In this document: one piece after another, positions 19,959 through 28,992 of the stretch
Position numbering within the stretch: the stretch's first letter is position 1
Layout of the letters: every line of letters starts with the position of its first letter
Assembly (NCBI RefSeq): GCF_000829315.1
Contig: NZ_AP013028.1
Span: forward strand, 30,001-62,000
From: Wolbachia endosymbiont of Cimex lectularius
Lineage (GTDB): Bacteria > Pseudomonadota > Alphaproteobacteria > Rickettsiales > Anaplasmataceae
Direction: 5' to 3'
Length of the DNA stretch: 32,000 nt
Translations under genes and position numbers: made by a program
Notes under the pieces: generated by a model
Seen by the model: the letters and a program-made list of their open reading frames with translations, nothing else
What the model was told of the DNA's origin: nothing
The model's database searches: none

Positions 19959-21300
19959 CTTATACATACCCTTGTTGAGCGGTTATAAATTTTTACGTCT
20001 GTTTTAAAAGTACTATGTTTTTTTTGTATGAAGTAGTTTTATGATTAATTTTAATATTATTCTTTCTTTCTTATTCCAAATTGAAAGTGGATAATAAAAT
20101 TAAGGCCTACAACATCAAAATATTATAATAAGTAACTTAATTGATACTGTGGATGATGGGTTTTATATTTGGGATGCAAAAAAACGTATAGAAAAGTTTT
20201 CTCCTAACTTACTAGTTTTACTTAATACTGTTTTTTACTCATTTAATGAGTTTGTCAACTTTTTTGAGCAATCGGAAAGCTTAATTAAAAATTTTACTGA
20301 GGCAAAAAAAGTGAATAAATCTTTTACTCTGGACTTGAAGTCAAAAGACGGTGAAGTTTACTGTATATGTTATGGCAGAAGCATAATAGACAACTCTAAT
20401 AGCGTAATTGGTGTGCTGTTGTGGATAAGAAACGTCTCAGACTGCAAGATAAAAGCTAACGAATTGGAGTCAGAAAATAGTAAGCTTAAACAAAAAGTAG
20501 AGAACTACAGGAGCATTCTTAACTCTCTGCCGTTTCCAATACTAAAATATAATGAAAATAAAAAAGTAAAGTTTTGCAACCTATTTTATGATAAATATAT
20601 CAATAGCTCCCAGAGATTGGCTGTTACTGATAGTGCCCACAGCACCAAACCAGGAAAACATGTGATAACTTGCAAAAACGAACGCAAGGTTTTTGATTTT
20701 ATTAGAACCTGTTTAAAATCTTCGTAACAGGAGAGAAATGAAGGAGAGGACTATCATCTGTAAGCTAGTGTTGAGCTTCCGCTCGCAATTTTTCCCAATC
20801 GCCTGCACTTTTCTAACCAGGCAAAAGAGCGTTCAACAACCCATCTTTTTGGCAATACGACGAAAGTGTGTAACTCACTTCGCTTTATTACTTCAACAGT
20901 CGCACCAATGATAGCTTTTATTTGTGTTGCAAAATTTTCTCCTGTGTAGCCAGCATCAACCAGTATGTTTTTAACTTCAGAGAGGTTTGCTTTAGCATTT
21001 TCGACCATTTTCACAGCACTGCTACGGTCAGTTGCTTCTGCCGTTGTTACATAAATTGCATGTGGCAAACCTTGTGTATCAACTGCAATATGGCGCTTTA
21101 TCCCTGAAATCTTTTTACCTGCATCATAGCCTTTTTTTTTCAGCAGTATCTGCGTTTTTAACGCTTTGAGAATCAATTATACAAAAGCTAGTTTTCTCCT
21201 TCCGACCATTGCTGATACGGACCTCTCCAACTAATTTTTTTTAAGAACCTGTTTAAAATCTTGGAAATGTGAGGTAAAGTAAGCATAGATTAATAATGAG

Positions 21301-21621
21301 GTGTCTATGCAGAAAAGTTATCCAAGTAATATAAGTCAAGAGCAGTTTGAAAAAATCAGGCCAATTTTGGAGAGTAGCAAGCAGAAAACAAAACCAAGAA
21401 AACTTGATTTGTATGACGTATTTTGTGGGGTGTTGTACGTCTTAAAAAGTGGTTGTCAGTGGAGGATGTTACCAAAGGGTTTTCCAAGATGGGAAAGCGT
21501 ATATTACTATTTTCGAGTGTGGAGTAAAAAGAATGGAGAAGAGCCAGGCTTGTTGGAATTAGTCTTAAAAAAAATTAGTTGGAGAGGTCCGTATCAGCAA
21601 TGGTCGGAAAGAGAAAACTAG
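21301..21621 (+). CDS. IS5-family transposase N-terminal ORF (orfA)
   Basis: ISQEQFEKIRPILES...LDLYDVFCGVLYVLKSGCQWRMLPKGFPRWESVYYYFRVW, typical of IS5-type N-terminal domains. Confidence 0.88.
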   Translation: MSMQKSYPSNISQEQFEKIRPILESSKQKTKPRKLDLYDVFCGVLYVLKSGCQWRMLPKGFPRWESVYYYFRVWSKKNGEEPGLLELVLKKISWRGPYQQWSEREN

Positions 21622-21632
21622 CTTTTGTATAA

Positions 21633-22097
21633 TTGATTCTCAAAGCGTTAAAAACGCAGATACTGCTGAAAAAAAAAGGCTATGATGCAGGTAAAAAGAT
21701 TTCAGGGATAAAGCGCCATATTGCAGTTGATACACAAGGTTTGCCACATGCAATTTATGTAACAACGGCAGAAGCAACTGACCGTAGCAGTGCTGTGAAA
21801 ATGGTCGAAAATGCTAAAGCAAACCTCTCTGAAGTTAAAAACATACTGGTTGATGCTGGCTACACAGGAGAAAATTTTGCAACACAAATAAAAGCTATCA
21901 TTGGTGCGACTGTTGAAGTAATAAAGCGAAGTGAGTTACACACTTTCGTCGTATTGCCAAAAAGATGGGTTGTTGAACGCTCTTTTGCCTGGTTAGAAAA
22001 GTGCAGGCGATTGTGGAAAAATTGCGAGCGGAAGCTCAACACTAGCTTACAGATGATAGTCCTCTCCTTCATTTCTCTCCTGTTACGAAGATTTTAA
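21633..22097 (+). CDS. IS5-family transposase DDE domain ORF (orfB), frame-displaced at an A9 run
   Basis: KKGYDAGKKISGIKRHIAVDTQGLPHAI, VDAGYTG, VERSFAWLEKCRRLWKNCERKLNTS; the IIDSQSVKN motif lies just upstream in another frame. Confidence 0.85.
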   Translation: MILKALKTQILLKKKGYDAGKKISGIKRHIAVDTQGLPHAIYVTTAEATDRSSAVKMVENAKANLSEVKNILVDAGYTGENFATQIKAIIGATVEVIKRSELHTFVVLPKRWVVERSFAWLEKCRRLWKNCERKLNTSLQMIVLSFISLLLRRF

Positions 22098-22879
22098 ACA
22101 GGTTCTAAGACTAATTCCAACAAGCTTGGCTCTTCTCCATTCTTTTTACTCCACACTCGAAAATAGTAATATACGCTTTCCCATCTTGGAAAACCCTTTG
22201 GTAACATCCTCCACTGACAACCACTTTTTAAGACGTACAACACCCCACAAAATACGTCATACAAATCAAGTTTTCTTGGTTTTGTTTTCTGCTTGCTACT
22301 CTCCAAAATTGGCCTGATTTTTTCAAACTGCTCTTGACTTATATTACTTGGATAACTTTTCTGCATAGACACCTCATTATTAATCTATGCTTACTTTACC
22401 TCACATTTCCAAGATTTTAAACAGGTTCTTAGAATTCCAATGCAAAATTTTGGTGGTGCGGTAATATATGGAAAAGATGTTAGCGATGCAGAGGAGTTAC
22501 GTGCTAGACTAGATAGTTATTTAGCTGCACAGAAAAGTTTACTTGAGGAGTTACCAATTGCTATTGCAATATACAGTAAGAATCAAAAACTGAAGTTTCA
22601 TAATAATGCTTTTGTAAAAACCTTTCAACTTGATACAAAGTTTTTGGCATCCCATCCAACTTATCATGAAGTCATGCTTTACCTATTCGAATCTCAGAAG
22701 CTTTTAGAACAAAAAGATTTTCAAACTATTAGCAACCAAAGGCATGAATTATTCAAAAGATTATTTGGACCGCATAATGATACAATCCATCTTACAAATG
22801 GAAAAATGTTCAGGATATTGATAATACCCTATGCTTCAGAAGGTTTACTCTTTTCCTATGAGGAATGCAAAAGGTAGCC

Positions 22880-23668
22880 TCAAACTCCTTCTCTTCCTAC
22901 CATAAGCTGCTTCATTTTCGCTATTGCTCTTGCTGGATTAAGTCCTTTAGGGCAAGTTTTTGTGCAATTCATTATTGTATGACAACGATACAACTTAAAC
23001 GGATCATTCAAGGCATCAAGTCTCTCATTTGTCTTATTATCACGGCTATCAGTGACCCATCTGTAAGCCTGTAGCAGTATTGCTGGTCCTAAAAATTTAT
23101 CACTGTTCCACCAATAGCTTGGGCAGCCAGTTGAACAACAAGCACACAATATGCAATCAGAAAGGCCATCCAGTTTCTTTTTATCTTCAGGAGATTGTAA
23201 ATACTCTTGATTTGGTAAGTCAGGTTTATCTGCTTGTAACCAAGGATTAATTGACTTGTACTGCTCATAAAATTGACTCAGGTCCGAAACTAGGTCTTTT
23301 ATTACATACATATGGGGTAGTGGATATATTTTTACGTCACCCTTTATATCGCCTATGGATTTAGTACATGCAAGAGTGTTGGTTCCATCAATATTAATAG
23401 CACAAGATCCACATATCCCTTCTCTACAAGAACGTCTGAAGGTTAAGGTTGAATCTATTTCATCCTTTATTTTTATTAATGCGTCAAGCACCATAGGGCC
23501 ACAATTATCCATATCAATGAAAAACGTGTCTACTCTAGAATTTTTCTCATCATCAGCAGACCAACGGTAAATTTGAAATCTTCTGACGTTTTTTACTCTA
23601 GCAGGAACAGGGTAGACCTTGCCCTTTTCATTAATTTTAGAATTCTTCGGCAGAGAAAACTGGACCAT
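22880..23668 (-). CDS. sdhB: Succinate dehydrogenase iron-sulfur subunit
   Basis: [55 protein letters not shown]. Confidence 0.97.
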   Translation of the reverse strand: MVQFSLPKNSKINEKGKVYPVPARVKNVRRFQIYRWSADDEKNSRVDTFFIDMDNCGPMVLDALIKIKDEIDSTLTFRRSCREGICGSCAINIDGTNTLACTKSIGDIKGDVKIYPLPHMYVIKDLVSDLSQFYEQYKSINPWLQADKPDLPNQEYLQSPEDKKKLDGLSDCILCACCSTGCPSYWWNSDKFLGPAILLQAYRWVTDSRDNKTNERLDALNDPFKLYRCHTIMNCTKTCPKGLNPARAIAKMKQLMVGREGV

Positions 23669-23762
23669 ATTGCTTACCTTTTATCGTCTATAGCTAAAAA
23701 CTCTCTTGCTTTGTAGATAACATATTTTAGCATTCTCTACTATATTTTTTATTAAATTCCTT

Positions 23763-24215
23763 TTAAATCGCGCTCATACTATAGCCAAGTGAAGTTAAAA
23801 TTTTTCTTTCTAGGTCTTTCATTATAATTTCCTCATCTTCTTTTTGGTGATCGTAATCAAGTAAATGTAGCAATCCATGCACTAACATATGTGCAGCGTG
23901 AGCTAAGATAGATATATGGTGTTCATTTGACTCTTTTTGTATTGTATCTATCGAAATTGCTATGTCTCCTAAATCGCATTTGTTAGATAATTGCTCACAC
24001 TGAAATGATAACACGTTAGTTGGCTTATCCATTTTTCTAAATCTTAAGTTAAGTCGATGTAGTAAATCATCATCAGCAAGAGCTATCGATATACTTGGTT
24101 TATAGTGGTCTATTTTTAATTCTTTCAGAGAAGCATTTATGATATCTAATACAAAGCTCTCCGGATCCCCTGTAATGCTGTGCCACCTCTCATCAAGAAT
24201 ATTTACTTCTAACAT
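23763..24215 (-). CDS. ybeY: Endoribonuclease YbeY (rRNA maturation factor)
   Basis: [43 protein letters not shown] (HXXXHXXXXXH). Confidence 0.95.
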   Translation of the reverse strand: MLEVNILDERWHSITGDPESFVLDIINASLKELKIDHYKPSISIALADDDLLHRLNLRFRKMDKPTNVLSFQCEQLSNKCDLGDIAISIDTIQKESNEHHISILAHAAHMLVHGLLHLLDYDHQKEDEEIIMKDLERKILTSLGYSMSAI

Positions 24216-24607
24216 TCACTCATTCTTATTATTTCATTCCATTCGGCTTCTGAGACTGGAGAAACTGATAAGCGCGGTTGTTTTAATATGGCCATGTTTT
24301 TTAAAAGTGGGTTTCGTTTTATATCACTTAACGTTACTTGATTACTCAAAGGCTTGGAAAATTTCACGTCTACCAGTCCAAACTTGGAGTCGTTAACGAG
24401 GTAATATTCTTTAAAGATCTCAACTATCCCAAATACCGCTTTTTCTTTACCTGTATGATAAAAAAACGCAGAATCACCTAATTTCATAGCTCTCATATAG
24501 CTTTGAGCTTGATAGTTGCATACACCATCCCACTTAGCTACCTTCTCCTTTTCCATTTCTTGCCATGAATATTCACTTGGCTCTGACTTAAGCAGCCAAA
24601 ATTGCAT
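24209..24607 (-). CDS. EVE domain-containing protein
   Basis: [64 protein letters not shown], the EVE/PUA-like pattern. Confidence 0.92.
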   Translation of the reverse strand: MQFWLLKSEPSEYSWQEMEKEKVAKWDGVCNYQAQSYMRAMKLGDSAFFYHTGKEKAVFGIVEIFKEYYLVNDSKFGLVDVKFSKPLSNQVTLSDIKRNPLLKNMAILKQPRLSVSPVSEAEWNEIIRMSEC

Positions 24608-25797
24608 TATTTCTTTCTTCTTAAATAAGCTGGTATATCATAGATATTGTTGCTCCACTTAACTCCTTCATTTACTTGTTCAGCTGGTTTTGTTTCTGGT
24701 ACTGGAGTTTGGCTATAGGACCACTTGAACTTTTCTTTCTCTGAAGTCTCGCTTTGATTCACAGAAGGAGTTTCTGACTTATCATCACAAACAGCGCCAC
24801 CATCAATACCAGTTGCAAGAACAGAAACCCTAACTTTTCCTTCCATTGCTTGATCAAAGGTAGCACCGAATATTATATTTGCGTTTTCATCCACTTCTTC
24901 GCGTACTCTATTTGCTGCAGCATCAACTTCAAATAAAGTCATATCTCCGCCACCTGTAATGTTAATCAATATTCCTTGCGCACCTTTCATTGACACATTA
25001 TCAAGCAATGGATTAGATATTGCAGCTTCTGCAGCACTCATTGCTCTATCTTCTCCTTCTGCTTCTCCAGTACCAATCATTGCCTTGCCCATCTCGCTCA
25101 TCACTGTTTCTATATCAGCAAAATCAAGATTAATGAGCCCAGGCATAACCATTAAATCAGTCACTCCTCTGATACCAATATGCAGGACATTATCAGCAAG
25201 TTTAAATGCATCAGAGAATGTAGTTTTTTCATTGGCAATTCTAAATAAGTTTTGGTTTGGAATAACAATGAGAGTGTCCACGTATTTTTGTAATTCCTCA
25301 AGTCCAAGCTCTGCAATATGCATACGGCGTACACCTTCAAAGCCAAATGGCTTGGTTACAACTCCAACAGTCAATATCTTTTTTTCTTTTAATGCTTTAT
25401 CCTTAACTGCAGCTCTTGCTTCTCTTGCTGCTTTTGCAATTACTGGTGCTGCACCTGTTCCAGTACCACCACCCATTCCTGCCGTGATGAAAAGCATATG
25501 ACTATCTTTTATATGCTCCATAATCTCATCAATTGATTCTTCCGCTGCACCTTTGCCAACATCAGGCAAAGCACCAGCCCCAAGCCCCTTAGTTAAGTTA
25601 ATACCTAGCTGAATTTTTTTATCACACAATGACTTCTCTAGCGCTTGAGCATCAGTATTTGCTACAACAAAATTCACCCCTTGCAAATTGGATTGGATCA
25701 TGTTATTCACAGCGTTTCCGCCAGCACCACCCACCCCCACAACGGTAATCCTTGGGTGCAATATAGGTAATTCTGGCAAACTAAGGTCAATTGACAT
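24607..25797 (-). CDS. ftsZ: Cell division protein FtsZ
   Basis: [44 protein letters not shown]-like [13 protein letters not shown]. Confidence 0.98.
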   Translation of the reverse strand: MSIDLSLPELPILHPRITVVGVGGAGGNAVNNMIQSNLQGVNFVVANTDAQALEKSLCDKKIQLGINLTKGLGAGALPDVGKGAAEESIDEIMEHIKDSHMLFITAGMGGGTGTGAAPVIAKAAREARAAVKDKALKEKKILTVGVVTKPFGFEGVRRMHIAELGLEELQKYVDTLIVIPNQNLFRIANEKTTFSDAFKLADNVLHIGIRGVTDLMVMPGLINLDFADIETVMSEMGKAMIGTGEAEGEDRAMSAAEAAISNPLLDNVSMKGAQGILINITGGGDMTLFEVDAAANRVREEVDENANIIFGATFDQAMEGKVRVSVLATGIDGGAVCDDKSETPSVNQSETSEKEKFKWSYSQTPVPETKPAEQVNEGVKWSNNIYDIPAYLRRKK

Positions 25798-25998
25798 TGA
25801 AATTTCCTAAATTTAGTGAATTCACTTGATAATAAGTTACTGCTTTTTTAACAATATGCAAACACTTTTCACTTCTGTAGACATAAACAGTAAATAAGAT
25901 TTACTTATTCTTAACTTTATAAGTACCGTAGATACAACGATTACTAGACTTTCAGATAGCGTTATTGGACCAGCTCAAGAAATAGAAAACGTTTATAA

Positions 25999-26022
25999 AA
26001 AGGGATAGAAATCTATCCCTTT
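25999..26022 (-). terminator. Intrinsic terminator-like hairpin downstream of the minus-strand ORF 26050..26655
   Basis: Perfect 10-bp stem AAAGGGATAG/CTATCCCTTT with a 4-nt AAAT loop; T-rich tract follows on the minus strand. Confidence 0.6.
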
Positions 26023-26049
26023 ATTTTGTTGAAACTATCTTATTTTTCT

Positions 26050-26655
26050 TTATGATTGTACCTGCTGTTCTGGTATTGGATTTAGAGCAAGCACTTCCAT
26101 AATTTTGTCCACACATGTTGAAAGCTTACTATCATTCAGTTTAAGTTTTCCATTTTGATCTTTCTCAAAATTACCTTCTGTGTCTTTTGTATAAACTTCT
26201 AACACAGCTTTCTTCACTCCATCAATTTGATTTGCTTGTTCCTTAATTTGGCTTGCTTTATTATGGTTCCTGTATATAAGAGCACCTATAGTAAACACTA
26301 TTGCAGCAGTTAGCAGAGCAGTAAATACCGGATTAGTCACTGCAAGTGCATATAATCCCCTACCTCCCGCTATCATACCAGCGTAAGTTGATGCTGCTGT
26401 TGTATTGACAAAATCTGAATAAGCTGGGTTTAAAAAATAAGCAGCTATAAGCGGAATTGCTACAACCATACTAACAGCTGCAGCTGTTTTCCATTTGTTA
26501 TTTTTAGCGTACTCACCAAAACCACCAGCAGCACCTGTAATTTTCCAGTGATTGTCAGCCGGATTTTTATACCCCTCTGAAATAGCATGAAAAACACCAT
26601 GCCCTTCTTGATATTTATAATTTATTAATGCCATAACTCTACTCCTAAAACACAA
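26050..26655 (-). CDS. Hypothetical multi-pass membrane protein
   Basis: About 3 hydrophobic segments (VSMVVAIPLIAAYFL, TASTYAGMIAGGRGLYAL, NPVFTALLTAAIVFTIGALIY); the real start may be the internal MALINYK. Confidence 0.6.
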   Translation of the reverse strand: MCFRSRVMALINYKYQEGHGVFHAISEGYKNPADNHWKITGAAGGFGEYAKNNKWKTAAAVSMVVAIPLIAAYFLNPAYSDFVNTTAASTYAGMIAGGRGLYALAVTNPVFTALLTAAIVFTIGALIYRNHNKASQIKEQANQIDGVKKAVLEVYTKDTEGNFEKDQNGKLKLNDSKLSTCVDKIMEVLALNPIPEQQVQS

Positions 26656-26724
26656 TGTGTTAAACCTTTATTTATTAAGGATAATATATAATAAGAAAAA
26701 CCTTCTGTCAAGCAAATTAATTTA

Positions 26725-28218
26725 TTAATACGCTCTTATTCTGTAATTTAGAGCTTCAGCAATGTGTGCTCTTTTTACCTCTTCACTTTTTGCAAGATCT
26801 GCAATGGTTCTTGCAACTTTTAATACGCGTGTGTAGCCTCGGTTGGAAATGTAGTTTTCTTTTAGTACGTGTTTTAATAGCTCTAACCCTGCTCGGTCTG
26901 GCTTAGTGAATTTATTCAAAGCTTCACCACTTACTTCTGAGTTGCAGCTAATACTTAATTTGCTGTAGCGCTCAGCCTGAATTCTCCTTGCTGCTATTAC
27001 TCTTTCTCTTATTCTGTCAGTACTCTCTCCCTCTGAATAAATTTCAGGAGAAAGTATGCTGACGTTTGGCATTTCGATGCATATATCTATTCTATCAAGC
27101 AATGGTCCTGATATTTTATTCCTATAATCTGTGCTACATCGTGGAGCTTTGTTGCATGACCTACTCGCATTTCCCAAGTAACCACACCTGCAGGGATTCA
27201 TCGCAGCAATTAGTTGAAAATGCGCTGGGTAAGTAATGTGAGCATTAACCCTTGCAATAGTAACTTTTCTATCTTCAAGTGGTTGGCGTAGGGAATCAAG
27301 CACGAGTCTTGGAAACTCTGGCAATTCGTCAAGGAACAATACTCCATTATGAGCCATAGTGATTTCCCCAGGTTTTGCATTTTTTCCTCCTCCTATCATC
27401 GCTGGCATGGAGCATGAATGATGAGGTTCGCGAAAGGGACGAGTTACTTTGAATATCTCATTGTCAGCCTGTGTTATACTGGAAATGATATTCACATCAA
27501 TCATTTCACGCTCAGTTAAATCAGGCAGCAGCCCTATAAATCGTTTGGCAAGCATCGACTTTCCAGTACCGGGAAGTCCAACAAGAAGCATGTTGTGTCC
27601 GCCTGCCGCCGCAATTTCAGCCGCTCTTTTTGCTACAACTTGACCTTTGATATCCTTCATATTTGGTACTGATCTTTTTTCTTTCGGTTTATTAAAAATT
27701 ACCGACTCAATCGACTTCTCACCTTTGAAATATCTAATAATATCGGTCAATTTCTCTATAGCCAAAACTGAGACATTCTTTACCCATGAAGCCTCTACTC
27801 CATTTCCCCTTGGACAAATTATTCCTTTGTTTTTCTGTTTTGCATTGATTACCGCTGGCAAAACCCCTGAAACTGAAATAACCCTGCTGTCAAGGGCAAG
27901 TTCACCCATAATGATGTAAAACTGAACTTTTTCGACTGGTATAACGTTCATCACAACAAGCAGTCCAATAGCCAAATCATAGTGGCTGCCTTCTTTCAGC
28001 AAATCTGCAGGGGAAAGATTAATTGTGATTCTTTTAGGAGGGAGCAGTAGATTAGTTGAATTTAGTGCTGCTCTAATACGTTCTCTGGATTCTGCAACAG
28101 TTTTATCCGGCAATCCAACGATATTAAAGGCAGGAACACCATTTGCCATGTGAATTTGGACATTAACATTTACTATATTAATTCCCTGAAGCACAACGGT
28201 ATTTATATTTGCAATCAT
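26725..28218 (-). CDS. YifB/ComM-like Mg chelatase-family AAA ATPase
   Basis: VNVQIHMANGVPAFNIVGLPDKTVAESRERIRAAL, MLLVGLPGTGKSMLAKR, REPHHSCSMPAMIGGG, GVLFLDELPEF. Confidence 0.94.
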   Translation of the reverse strand: MIANINTVVLQGINIVNVNVQIHMANGVPAFNIVGLPDKTVAESRERIRAALNSTNLLLPPKRITINLSPADLLKEGSHYDLAIGLLVVMNVIPVEKVQFYIIMGELALDSRVISVSGVLPAVINAKQKNKGIICPRGNGVEASWVKNVSVLAIEKLTDIIRYFKGEKSIESVIFNKPKEKRSVPNMKDIKGQVVAKRAAEIAAAGGHNMLLVGLPGTGKSMLAKRFIGLLPDLTEREMIDVNIISSITQADNEIFKVTRPFREPHHSCSMPAMIGGGKNAKPGEITMAHNGVLFLDELPEFPRLVLDSLRQPLEDRKVTIARVNAHITYPAHFQLIAAMNPCRCGYLGNASRSCNKAPRCSTDYRNKISGPLLDRIDICIEMPNVSILSPEIYSEGESTDRIRERVIAARRIQAERYSKLSISCNSEVSGEALNKFTKPDRAGLELLKHVLKENYISNRGYTRVLKVARTIADLAKSEEVKRAHIAEALNYRIRAY

Positions 28219-28303
28219 AATATACTTTCTAAAATTATTAATAGAATGTATTAAAGAGATTATGAAGTAAAGGCTTTGAACTCCTTGATTTAAGCTGTCA
28301 CTA

Positions 28304-28792
28304 GACTTTTTGCATAGTTTTTAGCAGCGTATGTCACCCAATAGAAACGAAAAAAACTACTTGACAAATTCCTTCAACCCCCTTATAATGAGACTGAAGC
28401 TATTATTTATCTTCAGTCTGTACAGATAAAACGACAAAAAACTCAATGTACTTGGCGTCTCATGTTTAATTTTTTGCACTATGTGCACCTCATGTCTTTA
28501 TAAACTTTCAAGGGTTTTACCTAATATAAGCTAAAATGCGCTTGTTAAAGCATTTAAGACAATAAAAAACGCCAATTTAAAAGATAGATAGTGAATAACT
28601 AGCTAACGGGGTTTCTTTTGCCTTTTGTCTGTTTAGTAAATTTCTTAACGTTTAAAATTAGGTCAATTGCGGTTTAAAAGCAGCCAGATTAGACGTTTAG
28701 AATAAAAAAACGCCAATTTATAAAGTTAACATAAATAATTAGCTACTAACGGGGCTTCTTTTGCTTTTTTTCTTTACTCGGTAAATTTCTTA
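28304..28792 (+). repeat. Copy C of dispersed promoter-bearing intergenic repeat
   Basis: gactttttgcatagtttttagcagc, TTGACA (28361)-N17-TATAAT (28384), 9-bp hairpin at 28391-28419, two tandem modules ending in GTAAATTTCTTA. Confidence 0.87.
28361..28389 (+). promoter_or_regulatory. Perfect consensus sigma70 promoter in repeat copy C
   Basis: TTGACA (28361-28366), 17 nt, TATAAT (28384-28389). Confidence 0.7.
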
Positions 28793-28992
28793 AATATTAT
28801 GGCTAAAGCAATTCATGAACCAGGCAGAAAGGTGTCATTCCAGCGCATGACGCTGGATGGCTTTGTTGTAAACTGACTTTTACTATATGATTACCTTTTT
28901 ATGGCATCTTGTCTATCTCATTTTACCATTCCGCTGAACAGATATAAAATATTTAATAAACTCTTTTTTTTCAACAAAAACACATAATGGAC

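Larger units (their letters stand above)
21245..22105 (+). mobile_element. IS5-family insertion sequence, inner copy (861 bp), inserted into the outer copy in opposite orientation
   Basis: Same termini GAACCTG...CAGGTTC; TAA duplications at 21242-21244 and 22106-22108; orfA 21301..21621, orfB 21633..22097. Confidence 0.93.
20705..22428 (-). mobile_element. IS5-family insertion sequence, outer copy (about 860 bp when the inner IS is removed)
   Basis: Ends GAACCTGTTTAAAATCTT...AAGATTTTAAACAGGTTC; 3-bp TTA direct duplications at 20702-20704 and 22429-22431; orfA at 22094..22372 (-), orfB at 20754..21176 (-). Confidence 0.92.
20149..22877 (+). pseudogene. PAS-domain sensor-like protein (DivL/PAS-kinase-like N-terminal portion), disrupted by nested IS elements
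   Basis: 5' part 20149..20704 and 3' part 22432..22877 are in frame once the IS insertion and one TSD are removed (..VFDFIRIPMQNFGGAVIYGKDV..). Contains PAS-like LPFPILKYNENKKVKFCN and LPIAIAIYSKNQKLKFHNNAF. No kinase domain follows. Confidence 0.75.

Noticed and set aside
20922-22072. Short shadow ORFs within the IS copies (20922-21107, 21702-21887, 21860-22072, 22126-22317)
   Set aside because: Antisense to the transposase frames; identical shadow ORFs appear in both copies simply because the IS sequence is duplicated.
24959-25501. 180-aa plus-strand ORF inside ftsZ
   Set aside because: Antisense to unambiguous ftsZ; no recognisable domain.
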